Shown piece by piece: positions 1 through 9,852 of a stretch of 64,000 bases of DNA. Source of the stretch: an uncultured Methanomicrobiaceae archaeon (GTDB taxonomy: Archaea; Halobacteriota; Methanomicrobia; Methanomicrobiales; Methanoculleaceae). The notes beneath the pieces are model-generated. The model was not told the origin of the DNA. It searched no databases and saw nothing but the letters and a program-made list of their open reading frames with translations. The position numbers were made by a program, and so were the translations under genes. How positions within the stretch are numbered: position 1 is the first letter of the stretch; the number at the start of each line of letters is the position of its first letter. The DNA lies in contig CAWGXH010000004.1 in the NCBI GenBank assembly GCA_963826525.1, forward strand, positions 928,001 to 992,000, in the 5' to 3' direction.

Positions 1-50
1 GCGAGCAGACAGATGACGAGTGTCAGTTGGAATCTGGATAAGCCTGTCAT
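1..50 (-). CDS. 5' fragment of a gene running off the window edge; N-terminus MTGLSRFQLTLVICLL looks like a signal peptide or TM segment
   Basis: ATG at 50 (minus) preceded by GGTGA RBS, a TTTTTAAG TATA-like box (~95-102) and an NrpR-like operator. Confidence 0.55.
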   Translation of the reverse strand, partial: MTGLSRFQLTLVICLL

Positions 51-72
51 TGTAATCACCTGCTACGCAGGT

Positions 73-90
73 AGAAGGATGTTTCCTTCC
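73..90. promoter_or_regulatory. NrpR-like nitrogen operator, two overlapping 1-mismatch copies of GGAA-N6-TTCC
   Basis: AGAA-ggatgt-TTCC (73-86) and GGAT-gtttcc-TTCC (77-90), just downstream of a minus-strand TATA box, beside the glutamate synthase/glnA cluster. Confidence 0.55.
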
Positions 91-177
91 AACACTTAAA
101 AATATTTCTATTTATTGCGGCGTATGCACTACCGACTGGGATTGTGGGCGATCATAAAAAATGTTACGGGAGATATC

Positions 178-1195
178 TTAGGGTTTTCTCGCGGCTTTCT
201 GTCCGGCGAGTCGTTCGATGATTTTTGTGTTGATCTCATTTCCGGTGGCGAGCCTGCCATGCCGGACTGCGCTATCGATAAATCCGCGGCCGGTGTCGTT
301 CCTGACAATCAGGGTGGTGAACCCTTCCGGTGAACCGATGGCTCCTGCCGAGATATCCGCATCGACGGCGGTAAGGTCGGTACAGACGTGACATCCCGGC
401 CGTACGCACGCTTCCAGTTCCTCGAGAGGAATTGAGGTGGTCGAACCGTCCTGCAGGAGAATCTCGAGTTTTCCCTTGACGTTAAGACGCCGGATCTGCC
501 AGGGCTCAATCTGATGCTCCTGCCGGAGTTTTCCTTCCATCAACTTTGCATAATCGAAGGTCTCCGTGCAGAAGAGGCCGATGACAAGGCGTATCGACTT
601 GCCGAAGGGCCTCGAGCAGATCGTGCTCACTCTCGCGTAGCGCCTTCGTCGCCCGCACCACGCAGGGGACGCCCACAACAGCGATCCTCCGGCACTTCCG
701 GTTGATCACCGCCTCCTTCAGCGAGGCCAGAAGCGGCACCCACCAGGAGTAACGGCTGCCGGCGTAATGAATGAGGGCGTCCGAAGAGGTAATGACAGCC
801 GACGAAGGCCTGAGTGTCCAGCGGTCCTCCGTAACCGTAACCACGGCATCGATAAGCCCTTCCTCGAGGGCGTTTGTCAGGATGGCGGTCACTGCGCCGC
901 CGCTCTGCTTCCTCTCCACATCAAAGGTCGACTGTGCCGCAACGATCTCGGTGTACGAACCGAGCAGCGTCTCCGGCCGGAAGGGGGCGGTGCGAGGACA
1001 GACTTCGTAGCAGGCGCCGCAGGGGACACCGTCAGTCGCCGCCTTGCAGTATCCGGCGTTGACGGGGGCAAGGGTACTTCCTGCCGGAAAGTAGATTGCG
1101 TCCGCCGGGCAGACTGCCACGCAGGCGCCGCACCCGGAACAGGTTCCCTTCAACCAGACCTCCGCCTCAAGGTCCTTGAATGTCTTCTTCTCCAT
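178..1195 (-). CDS. FrhB/FdhB-like F420-interacting subunit with N-terminal ferredoxin motifs; likely F420-dependent glutamate synthase subunit (frameshift ~613)
   Basis: CSGCGACVAVCP, QSGGAVTAIL, VGVPC, IGLFCTETF, GCHVCTD..ADISAG; ORFs 506-1195 and 178-678 join after removing one base. Confidence 0.85.
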
Positions 1196-1201
1196 GCTAA
1201 T

Positions 1202-1942
1202 CTACTCCCATGTGTACTTGCCTGCAAACGGCCTTGCACTCGCCGGTACGATCCGGGTATACTCTGCGTCGATGAGTGGCTCCGGGTCGAGGTCGAATGC
1301 CTCGGCAAACTCGCGGATCACCGGAGCGATCCGCTGCCGATCTTCTTCAGTGAGGGGCAGTTTCTTTGCACCGACACCAAGGCGGCTCTCATCGACATCG
1401 CCGCGGATGACGATCTCTCCGCCGTGGATTCCGCTCCCGACGCCGCGTCCAGCGTAATCGCTTCCGTCCATGCCGAGCACGATCAGGAGGCCTCCAGCCA
1501 TATATTCGCCGAGGAACGACTGTGCATTCCCGCCGACGACAAGGATGGGGCGTTTACTGTCGTACTGCTTCATGTGAATGCCGCCGCGGTAGCCGATGTT
1601 GTCACGGACAAAGACCGTGCCGCCGCGCATACTATGCGCGACCGCATCGCCGGCGCTACCGTGGATGACTACCTTCCCTGCATTCATCGTGTTGCCGGGT
1701 GCATGGTCGGCGTTCCCGTGGATGATGCAGGTCGGGCCGCTCATGAACATGCAGAGATCGCCTCCGGGAACGCCGTTGACGACGATAGTGGCATCCCCTC
1801 GGAGGCCGTTTCCGATGAACCGCTGTCCGAGGACGTTCTCGATGATAATCTCCTCGGCACCGTCGGCGACCGCCTGCCGGATCTTCTTGTTGAGGGGGGT
1901 GTAGTGCATCCCCCCCGCGTCGATGGTGACCGTCTTTCCCAT
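1202..1942 (-). CDS. gltB3: Glutamate synthase GXGXG beta-helix subunit (GltB domain 3)
   Basis: Gly-rich repeats GQRFIGNG, GYRGGIHM, FLGEYMAGG; operonic with the other GltB modules. Confidence 0.9.
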   Translation of the reverse strand: MGKTVTIDAGGMHYTPLNKKIRQAVADGAEEIIIENVLGQRFIGNGLRGDATIVVNGVPGGDLCMFMSGPTCIIHGNADHAPGNTMNAGKVVIHGSAGDAVAHSMRGGTVFVRDNIGYRGGIHMKQYDSKRPILVVGGNAQSFLGEYMAGGLLIVLGMDGSDYAGRGVGSGIHGGEIVIRGDVDESRLGVGAKKLPLTEEDRQRIAPVIREFAEAFDLDPEPLIDAEYTRIVPASARPFAGKYTWE

Positions 1943-1947
1943 GTGCC

Positions 1948-3459
1948 TCACGCCCCCACCTGTTTGACGTCGAGTACGTTCATCAGGCTCTCATCGAGCA
2001 TGTAGCCTCTGAGACGGTCGCGGTTTCCTCGCAGGCTCTCGATACTGTTGATGCCGGCAGCACCCATCAGTTCGGCGAGTTCGAGTGTCCATGCATCTAT
2101 CAGGTTGGCTACCTGCTTCGATGCAACGTCGGGATCGAGCCGATCGACGAGGTTCTGCTGCTGGGTGGCGATTCCCCACGGGCAGAGGTTGCGGTAGCAG
2201 CTGCCGCAGACGCGGCACCCCATCGCAACAAGGGCGGCGGTGCCGATGTAGACTGCATCTGCCCCGAGGGCGATTGCTTTTGCCACATCGGCGCTCTCCC
2301 TGATGCCGCCGCTGGCGATGATCGATACCTCGTTCCTGATGCCCTGGCCACGCAGTTTCGCATCCACGCTCGCGACCGCTGCCTCGATGGGAATGCCCAC
2401 GTGGTCTCTGAAGACCCGTGGCGCCGCGCCCGTGCCCCCCTTGAAGCCGTCGAGAACGATAGCATCGGCGCCCGACCGTGCGATACCCGCGGCGATCGCG
2501 GCCGCGTTATGGACGGCGGCTATCTTGACAAAGACCGGCTTTTTCCACTCGGTCGCCTCTTTTAAGCTCCTGACGAGCTGGGCGAGGTCTTCGATACTGT
2601 AGATGTCGTGGTGGGGAGCGGGGCTGATAGCGTCGCTCCCAAGCGGGATCATCCGGGTGCAGGAGACATCGAGGCAGACCTTCTCTCCTGGCAGGTGCCC
2701 GCCTATACCGGGCTTCGCTCCCTGACCGATCTTGATCTCAATGGCGGAACCGCGCTCGAGATAGTCGATATCGACACCGAACCGGCCGGATGCGATCTGG
2801 ACGATCATATGATTCTGGTAGGGGTAGAGCCGCTCATGCAGCCCCCCCTCGCCCGTGCCCATGAAGGTGCCGGTCTCTGCGACCGCCCGTGCCATGGACA
2901 TCTGGGCGTTTAGGCTAATCGCACCGTAACTCATATGCCCGATCATGATCGGCGTCTCTGCCTGGAGGTTCGGGGCAAGCTCGGTGACGAGCTCGACGTC
3001 CCCGTTCTCCTTCCTCTTTACCTCGATGCGCGACGGTTTCTTGCCGAGATAGGTGCGCACCTCCATCGGTTCGCGGAGCGGATCGATGCTCGGGTTCGTG
3101 ACCTGGCAGGCGTCGAGCACCAGGCGGTCGAAGATGATGGGATAGTCAAGCGCGTTGCCCATGCCGGAGAGGATGATCTTTCCGGTCTTGGCCTGGTTGT
3201 AGATAGCCTCCCTTACCTGTCGCGTCCAGACCGGGTGGCTGCGGTAGTCGCAGGGGTACTCCTCCAGCATGATCGCGTCCCGGGGGCACATGGCGAGACA
3301 GCGGTGGCATGCCGTGCACTTCCGGGAATCGATCAGGATCTTGTCCCCTTCCCGCCGGAAGACACCGTATGAGCAGTTCTCGATGCACCGTTCGCATTCC
3401 ATGCAGCGTTCACGGTCGATGCTGACCCGGTAGCGGAGTGGTGTGCTTCCAAGACTCAT
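1948..3459 (-). CDS. gltB2: Glutamate synthase FMN-binding subunit with N-terminal 2x[4Fe-4S] ferredoxin (GltB domain 2)
   Basis: MSYGAIS, GTGEGG, QIASGRFGV, EIKIGQGAKPGIGGHLPG, ISPAPHHDIYSIEDL, CRVCGSCYRNLCPWGIATQ; start overlaps the upstream stop (ATGA). Confidence 0.95.
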   Translation of the reverse strand: MSLGSTPLRYRVSIDRERCMECERCIENCSYGVFRREGDKILIDSRKCTACHRCLAMCPRDAIMLEEYPCDYRSHPVWTRQVREAIYNQAKTGKIILSGMGNALDYPIIFDRLVLDACQVTNPSIDPLREPMEVRTYLGKKPSRIEVKRKENGDVELVTELAPNLQAETPIMIGHMSYGAISLNAQMSMARAVAETGTFMGTGEGGLHERLYPYQNHMIVQIASGRFGVDIDYLERGSAIEIKIGQGAKPGIGGHLPGEKVCLDVSCTRMIPLGSDAISPAPHHDIYSIEDLAQLVRSLKEATEWKKPVFVKIAAVHNAAAIAAGIARSGADAIVLDGFKGGTGAAPRVFRDHVGIPIEAAVASVDAKLRGQGIRNEVSIIASGGIRESADVAKAIALGADAVYIGTAALVAMGCRVCGSCYRNLCPWGIATQQQNLVDRLDPDVASKQVANLIDAWTLELAELMGAAGINSIESLRGNRDRLRGYMLDESLMNVLDVKQVGA

Positions 3460-4508
3460 GCGATAAACCTCCCGATGACGGGTTCGCCCGCAGGCGGCAT
3501 GGTGATCCGCTCGACGTTTGGTTCCATGGCGCGGATGGCGGCCTCTTCGCTCGAGATGTAGAGGCGGTCGCCGCATTCGCCGACGACCAGGGGGCGGAGT
3601 TTGATCCTATCGGTGAAACCGACCATCACATCGTGATTGGCGACGACGATGGCAAAAGGCCCGTTCATCATCGCAGGTCCGTATGCAAGCCTGATAGCAC
3701 GATTCAGCTTCTCCTGTGCATCGGGCATCGTATCGATGTCGTCCCAGAAGGGCGGCGCGAGGGCGCGGACGGCGAGATCGATATCGAGTCCGTGCTTTCG
3801 TACCAGGTGGTCGAAGAGATAGGCAACCACTTCGGTGTCGGTAAACATCGTGCACTGGTAGCCGTAACTCTCGATGTATCGCCGGTTCGTCCCGTATGAC
3901 GTGATCTCTCCATTGTGGACGACGCTCCAGTTCAAGAGGTTGAACGGGTGCGCTCCTCCCCACCACCCGGGGGTGTTGGTCGGGTAGCGGTTGTGCGCAA
4001 GCCAGATGTAGCCTTTGTAGTCCTCTATCCGGTAGAAGTCTGCGACCTCTTCCGGCCAGCCTGCAGCCTTGAAGACCCCTATGTTCTTGCCCGATGAGTA
4101 GATGAGTGCACCCTTCTGCGCGGTGTTGATCTTCATCACGATCTGCGCCACGATATCGTCTTCGGGTGCGTTGCTATGGGACATCCTGTTCGGGTCAGGC
4201 TTGAAGAAGTACCGCCACGGGATGTGGATTGCCCGAAGGCCGGGCTGATCGTAGGTCGGGATCCTTTCGTCGTGAACGATCGTCCCCCACTGCTCGAGCG
4301 TTGTGTCGACTATGCGCTTTGTCTCATGAGTATTGTCAAAAAACACATGCAACGCATAACAGTCTTTATATTCCGGATAGGCACCATAGGCTACGTATCC
4401 CGCTCCTTCTCCACTTCCGCGCTCATTCATCATGGAGAGAGCACGCTTAATGGCGGAACCGTCCATCCTCTGGCGCCGTCGATCCATTACTCCAATAATG
4501 CCACACAT
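3456..4508 (-). CDS. gltB1: Class II glutamine amidotransferase subunit of glutamate synthase (GltB domain 1)
   Basis: N-terminal MCGIIG nucleophile Cys, HNRYPTNT, AHPF, HNGEI, TDTEV. Confidence 0.93.
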   Translation of the reverse strand: MCGIIGVMDRRRQRMDGSAIKRALSMMNERGSGEGAGYVAYGAYPEYKDCYALHVFFDNTHETKRIVDTTLEQWGTIVHDERIPTYDQPGLRAIHIPWRYFFKPDPNRMSHSNAPEDDIVAQIVMKINTAQKGALIYSSGKNIGVFKAAGWPEEVADFYRIEDYKGYIWLAHNRYPTNTPGWWGGAHPFNLLNWSVVHNGEITSYGTNRRYIESYGYQCTMFTDTEVVAYLFDHLVRKHGLDIDLAVRALAPPFWDDIDTMPDAQEKLNRAIRLAYGPAMMNGPFAIVVANHDVMVGFTDRIKLRPLVVGECGDRLYISSEEAAIRAMEPNVERITMPPAGEPVIGRFIA

Positions 4509-4608
4509 TGTAATCACGAATGATCGAGTTCTGGTAGGAACTCCTTGAAAGTTAGATACGGTATCCTAATCAGGCTTCTGCGTACAGTGACGTTTGTATC
4601 AATAGGTA

Positions 4609-4637
4609 TTTATTAGATTGGATAGAAGTTTTCTTCC
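4609..4637 (+). promoter_or_regulatory. glnA promoter: TATA box plus NrpR-like operator, probably a leaderless transcript
   Basis: TTTATTAG at 4609-4616; AGAA-gttttc-TTCC at 4624-4637, 2 nt before the ATG at 4640. Confidence 0.7.
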
Positions 4638-4639
4638 AT

Positions 4640-5968
4640 ATGCCCGGAGATGCAGTTACGGAAATGCTCGAGAGAATCGAGAAAGACAATGTTAAATTCC
4701 TCCGTCTTCAGTTTACCGACCTTCTCGGGATGCCCAAGAACGTGGCAATCCCCGTCAGTCAGGCGAAGAAGGCACTGACGGATGGTATCGGTTTTGACGG
4801 GTCCTCCATCGAGGGTTTTGTCCGGATCGAGGAATCCGACATGCTCTTAAAGCCGGATCTTGAGACCTACACGGTTCTCCCCTGGAGGCCACGCGAAAAC
4901 GCCGTCGCCCGGTTCATCTGCGATGTGCACAAGGCCAACGGCGAACCGTTCGAGGGAGACCCGCGCTATATCCTCCGGAAGGCCATGGAAGATGCGAAGA
5001 AGGATGGGTACACCTTCAACACTGGCCCGGAGCTTGAGTTCTTCCTCTTCAAGATGATCGACGGAAAGCCGTCAACCGCCTTCCAGGATGTCGGTGGCTA
5101 CTTCGACCTTGCGCCGACCGACCTTGCCGAGAACGTCCGCAGGGACATCGTCCTCGCGCTCGAATCAATGGGTTTTGAGATCGAGGCCTCCCACCACGAG
5201 GTGGCCGAGAGCCAGCACGAGATCGACTTCAAGTACGGCGACGCCCTCAAGACCGCCGACAACGTCGTGACCTTCAAGTTCGCCACCAAGACCCTCGCAC
5301 TCATGGCCGGCCTGCACGCAACCTTCATGGCAAAACCCGTCTACGGCATCAACGGGAGCGGCATGCACGTGAACAGTTCGCTCTCAAAAGACGGGAAGAA
5401 CGCCTTCTACGATCCGAACGGCAAGCTGCAGCTCTCCGAGACCGCGTACTACTTCATCGGCGGCCTCATGAAGCACGCAAAGGCGATAACCCGGGTGGCG
5501 AATCCGACGATCAACTCCTACAAACGGCTCGTCCCCGGCTACGAGGCACCGTGCTATATCAGCTGGAGTGCGAGCAACCGGTCGGCACAGATCCGTGTCC
5601 CCGCCCCGCGCGGCAACAGCACCCGTGTCGAGTTCCGGAGCCCCGACCCGACCTGCAATCCATACCTTGCCTTCGCGGCGATGCTCGCTGCCGGTATGGA
5701 CGGCGTCCGGAACAGGATCGAGCCCCCGGCAAGCACCAACAAGAACATCTTCCATATGACCCCTGCCGAGCGGCAGGAAGCAGGCATCGAAACGCTGCCC
5801 GGAAACCTCTACGAGGCACACCAGGCGCTCCTTGCCGATGATGTCGTCTGCAAGGCGCTTGGGAAACACGTCGTGGATGCGCTCACCTGCATCGCAGAGG
5901 CCGAGTGGGATTCGTTCCGCACCGCAGTACACCCCTGGGAAATTGAGCGCTATCTCGCAACCTACTAA
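4640..5968 (+). CDS. glnA: Glutamine synthetase type I
   Basis: FDGSSIEGF, GPELEFFLF, HHEVAESQHEIDF, NGSGMH, NSYKRLVPGYEAP, RVEFRSPDP. Confidence 0.98.
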   Translation: MPGDAVTEMLERIEKDNVKFLRLQFTDLLGMPKNVAIPVSQAKKALTDGIGFDGSSIEGFVRIEESDMLLKPDLETYTVLPWRPRENAVARFICDVHKANGEPFEGDPRYILRKAMEDAKKDGYTFNTGPELEFFLFKMIDGKPSTAFQDVGGYFDLAPTDLAENVRRDIVLALESMGFEIEASHHEVAESQHEIDFKYGDALKTADNVVTFKFATKTLALMAGLHATFMAKPVYGINGSGMHVNSSLSKDGKNAFYDPNGKLQLSETAYYFIGGLMKHAKAITRVANPTINSYKRLVPGYEAPCYISWSASNRSAQIRVPAPRGNSTRVEFRSPDPTCNPYLAFAAMLAAGMDGVRNRIEPPASTNKNIFHMTPAERQEAGIETLPGNLYEAHQALLADDVVCKALGKHVVDALTCIAEAEWDSFRTAVHPWEIERYLATY

Positions 5969-5970
5969 TA

Positions 5971-5981
5971 CCTTTTTTCTT
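5971..5981 (+). terminator. Oligo-T archaeal terminator after glnA
   Basis: CCTTTTTTCTT immediately after the stop. Confidence 0.45.
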
Positions 5982-6209
5982 ATCCGGGTGAAGCGGTATA
6001 CCCGCTCTCGGGTGAGCGCATACTGTTTGCCCCTCCTTCGGAGGATCTGCGACGGAAAGGGTCTGGCAACGCGGCTTAGATCTGGTGTCTTTCGGGGCAG
6101 ATTCGGTAAAAAGTCGTTCGATACCTCCGGTTCCTCCTTCGGTTGAAAACGAAGTTATAATATTCAGGGGGATGGAATCTTCTTGTGTCCGCTATCGTGA
6201 GGTATAGCG

Positions 6210-7799
6210 ATGAATCTTAGACAACCGAATGCTAACGAAGCAATTGGAACCGCCAACCGGTCGCGGAACGTCGTTCCGATGTCCGGTCTGTGCACCCGTT
6301 GTGTTGACGGGTGCAAGGGGAGCTGCGAAGTCTGGCTCTCCTCGTTCCGTGGCAGAGAAGTTCTCTACCCGGGGCCTTTTGGCGAGATCACAGCAGGCGC
6401 AGACAAGAACTACCCGATTGACTATTCTCACCTGAACATTCAGGGCTACGCCGTGGGTGCCAAGGGACTTCCCGAAGGCATCGAAGCGAACTCTGATAAT
6501 GCCGTCTTCTCAGCGGTCGACACGGAGACCGAGTACGGCTGGGATATCAAGGTGCCGATGCGCGTCCCGATCTTCACCGGTGCACTCGGATCGACCGAGA
6601 TCGCCCGGGCGAACTGGGAGCACTTTGCAATCGGTGCAGCAATCTCCGGCATTACGCTGGTCTGCGGCGAGAACGTCTGTGGCGTTGACCCCGAGCTCGT
6701 ATTGGACAACGAGGGTAAGGTCAAGGAATCGCCCGAGATGGATCGTCGTATCGAGACCTACAAGAAGTTCCACGAGGGCTACGGTGAGATCCTGGTGCAG
6801 ATGAATGTGGAGGACACGCGGCTTGGAACCGCGGAGTATGTCTCCTCGAAGCACAATCTCGAGACGATCGAGCTCAAGTGGGGGCAGGGTGCCAAGTGCA
6901 TCGGCGGCGAGATCAAGGTCAAGACGCTTTCCCGGGCAACGGAACTGAAGAACCGGGGCTACGTCGTCCTTCCCGACCCGACCCTCCCCGAAGTGCAGAA
7001 GGCCTTCGAGGACGGTGCACTCAAGGAGTTCGAGCGTCACTCCCGCCTCGGGTTCGTGACGCGCGAAGGTTTCCTCGAGGAGGTCGACCGTCTCCGTGAT
7101 ATCGGGTTCAAGCGGGTCACCCTAAAGACCGGTGCGTACTCGGCAGTCGAGCTCGCCATGGCACTTCGCTACAGTGCCGAAGCGAAGATCGACCTGCTCA
7201 CCATCGACGGTGCACCGGGCGGCACGGGTATGAGCCCCTGGCCGATGATGAACGAGTGGGGTATCCCGACCTTCTACATCGAGGCGCTCACCTACCAGTT
7301 TGCGGAGAGGCTCCGCGAGCGTGGAATCCGTGTGCCCGACCTCGCCATTGCCGGCGGGTTTGCCGATGAAGCGAATGCATTCAAGGCACTCGCGATGGGC
7401 AGCCCCTACGTCAAGGCGGTCTGCATGGGCAGGGCTCTCATGATCCCGGGCATGACCGGCAAGAACATTGCGAAGTGGCTCGAGAAGGGAGAACTGCCAA
7501 AGACCGTCCTGAAGTACGGCAGCAGCGTTCCCGAGATCTTCGTCTACTACGAAGACCTCAAGGAGAAGTACCACGACCGGATCGACGAGATCCCGCTCGG
7601 TGCGCTCGGTATCTACTCCTATGCCCAGAAGTTCAAGACCGGTATGCAGCAGATCATGGCGGGCAGCAGGAACTTCAACTTAAAGACCGTCTCCAGAAGC
7701 GACCTGATGGCGCTGACCGAGGAGGCCGAGAAGGTATCCGGCATTCCGTACGTCATGAGTGCTTACCGGGACGCAGCAGAAGCAATTCTAGACTCCTGA
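6210..7799 (+). CDS. Stand-alone FMN-binding glutamate synthase family protein
   Basis: IELKWGQGAKCIGGE, TIDGAPGGTGMSP, AIAGG, KALAMG; N-terminal CTRCVDGCKGSC. Confidence 0.85.
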   Translation: MNLRQPNANEAIGTANRSRNVVPMSGLCTRCVDGCKGSCEVWLSSFRGREVLYPGPFGEITAGADKNYPIDYSHLNIQGYAVGAKGLPEGIEANSDNAVFSAVDTETEYGWDIKVPMRVPIFTGALGSTEIARANWEHFAIGAAISGITLVCGENVCGVDPELVLDNEGKVKESPEMDRRIETYKKFHEGYGEILVQMNVEDTRLGTAEYVSSKHNLETIELKWGQGAKCIGGEIKVKTLSRATELKNRGYVVLPDPTLPEVQKAFEDGALKEFERHSRLGFVTREGFLEEVDRLRDIGFKRVTLKTGAYSAVELAMALRYSAEAKIDLLTIDGAPGGTGMSPWPMMNEWGIPTFYIEALTYQFAERLRERGIRVPDLAIAGGFADEANAFKALAMGSPYVKAVCMGRALMIPGMTGKNIAKWLEKGELPKTVLKYGSSVPEIFVYYEDLKEKYHDRIDEIPLGALGIYSYAQKFKTGMQQIMAGSRNFNLKTVSRSDLMALTEEAEKVSGIPYVMSAYRDAAEAILDS

Positions 7800-7940
7800 G
7801 CGGAAAGGCATCTCCGGGAGTGCGGGGAGGGTGCAGGGGGAAACCCCGTATACTACCCCCGCTCTTTCCCGTTCGATCAAACGGAATGCATGAGCCCGTC
7901 GTGCGGCCTAAAAAAGAGTAGTATCTTTCTCTTCTGACTA

Positions 7941-8258
7941 TCAGCAGCACTGCTTGCCGCCGGACTCTTCCCCCTCAAGGAGAAGCCCGCCGAAGAGCAC
8001 CTTCTCAAGCACCTCTGCGACGTACTTCATCTTCTGGGTAGTTTCCGTATCTTCATAGCGGTGGATATCTGCGTAGATCTGGAGGCGGAGAAGGCCGAAG
8101 CGCAGCTTATCGAGTTCGTCTTCTTTCAGGGCCATCGCTTCACGGTAGATCTCTTCGATCAGGAAGGGAAACTCATCAAGGTTAGCAAGCGCCGCGACGA
8201 TGGGGGAAAAGACGGGGAGGTCCTCACCCCGGCCGATGAGAATTGTATGAGAGTCCAT
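7941..8258 (-). CDS. Small hypothetical protein ending in Cys-Cys, coupled to mrp
   Basis: MDSHTILIGRGEDLP...GGKQCC; ATG 1 nt after the mrp stop; protein-like composition. Confidence 0.7.
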   Translation of the reverse strand: MDSHTILIGRGEDLPVFSPIVAALANLDEFPFLIEEIYREAMALKEDELDKLRFGLLRLQIYADIHRYEDTETTQKMKYVAEVLEKVLFGGLLLEGEESGGKQCC

Positions 8259-8259
8259 C

Positions 8260-9153
8260 TTATCCCTCGATCTCGTGTAAGAGGGCTTCCATGACGTTGT
8301 TGATACTTGTCCAGGTCGGGTTCTCTTCTGCCCGCCGGATGATGAAGGGGCGTCCCTCATCCCCGGCCCGCCGCATCTCCGGGTCGAGTGGAATTGCGCC
8401 GAGGAAGGGAACTTTGAGTTCTTTTGCCTCCCTCTCACCGCCGCCCTTGCCGAAGATGTCAATCTCCTCCTTGCAGTGGGGGCATACGAACCCGCTCATG
8501 TTCTCCACGATACCGAGGACGGGAAGGTCGAGTTTCCGGATGAACTCCACAGCCTTGCTCGAGTCCATCACCGCAACATCCTGGGGTGTGGTGACGATGA
8601 CGGCACCGGCAATGTTAGGAGCGAGCTGGGCGATTGTGAGTGCTTCGTCGCCGGTTCCCGGTGGCAGGTCGACGACCATGAAGTCCAGGTCTCCCCAGTT
8701 GACGTCCTCAAGGAACTGCCGAATCACTCCCATCTTCATCGGGCCGCGCCAGATGATCGGGGTGCTCCTCGCGGGTAGCAGGAACGCCATCGAGACGACG
8801 CCGAGCGTGCCCGTGACGTGGACGGGTTCGATGATCTTTCCGTCGTAGGACTGCAGTTTCGCATCTTCGATGCCGAGCATCTTCGGGATGTTCGGGCCGT
8901 GGATATCGAGGTCGATGAGGCCGGTTTTATAGCCGTGATTGGAAAGAGCGTACGCGAGGTTCGCCGCAACCGTGCTCTTTCCGACTCCACCCTTGCCGCT
9001 GAGCACGAGGATGACGTGTTTGACGTTGACGTTTGCCTTCGGGGGGAGGCCATGCCCTTCCTTATTGCGTGGGTCATCGCACTTCGTTGCGGACGGGCAG
9101 CTGGCGCAGTTGCCGGCGCACGCCTCTTCGGTAGGTTGGTTGGATTCTGCCAT
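8260..9153 (-). CDS. mrp: Mrp/NBP35 family Fe-S cluster carrier ATPase
   Basis: N-terminal CAGNCASCPSATKC, SGKGGVGKST, DLDIHGP, WRGP, DLPPGTGD, ENMSGFVCPHC. Confidence 0.95.
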   Translation of the reverse strand: MAESNQPTEEACAGNCASCPSATKCDDPRNKEGHGLPPKANVNVKHVILVLSGKGGVGKSTVAANLAYALSNHGYKTGLIDLDIHGPNIPKMLGIEDAKLQSYDGKIIEPVHVTGTLGVVSMAFLLPARSTPIIWRGPMKMGVIRQFLEDVNWGDLDFMVVDLPPGTGDEALTIAQLAPNIAGAVIVTTPQDVAVMDSSKAVEFIRKLDLPVLGIVENMSGFVCPHCKEEIDIFGKGGGEREAKELKVPFLGAIPLDPEMRRAGDEGRPFIIRRAEENPTWTSINNVMEALLHEIEG

Positions 9154-9272
9154 AGTATGTATTCTCCGTGATGTCTTGAAAACGTCGAGCTATTATATAT
9201 TAACGGTAAACGCAACAAAAACATAGTGGTGAGGGCAAAAGATCCACGCGAGTGCGTTTCGATCCCGGTACG

Positions 9273-9551
9273 TCATCCTCCGGCGGCAGGCGGAAAGAGA
9301 GCGACGGTATCGCCGTCGGCGAGTGGTGTTGCAAAGCCTCCGGTAAAATGAATATTCCTCCCGCTTTTGAGAATATTGACGTACTCACTGAGTTCTTTGC
9401 CGTCGGCATAGAGTGCTGGTGAGAGACCCCTATAGCGGTTGGTCAGGATGTCGAGGAGATCCCCGACCGTCGCTCCGTCCGGCATCGCGACGTCGACCTC
9501 CCGGGGCATAACCTCCCGGAAACCGGCGAATGCTTTCACCCTCACGTGCAT
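9273..9551 (-). CDS. moaD: MoaD/ThiS (SAMP-like) ubiquitin-like sulfur carrier
   Basis: Beta-grasp-sized protein, ends LFPPAAGG; divergent from AOR. Confidence 0.9.
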   Translation of the reverse strand: MHVRVKAFAGFREVMPREVDVAMPDGATVGDLLDILTNRYRGLSPALYADGKELSEYVNILKSGRNIHFTGGFATPLADGDTVALFPPAAGG

Positions 9552-9852
9552 ATCGCCGTTCTCTCCCGGAGAACTTTGCAGTCCGCAGATCTGGCAGGCT
9601 GCTCCCGCCCTCCGTGTCTGAAACGTGCTCTCTGGCAGGTATCTCTCTTCGTGCTTGATCTCATACCCAGTAAGGTCTGGTTTCAGAGGCCATCCCATAT
9701 GAATATCACGGCAGATCCCCTCCGGCCTTTTGGGGTCTGCTTACTATCCTTGCAGAGGTAAATGCCTTTTTAGAGGACACTTCGCCTGTCCCGGCAGGAG
9801 ATCAGAGAGACTATTATACCCCGCACCCCCTATGGGGTGCCTGGTGCTGTTC

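Noticed and set aside
6170-6183. NrpR operator upstream of the second GltB-like gene
   Set aside because: The best match, GGAT-N6-TTCT, has two mismatches; too weak to call.
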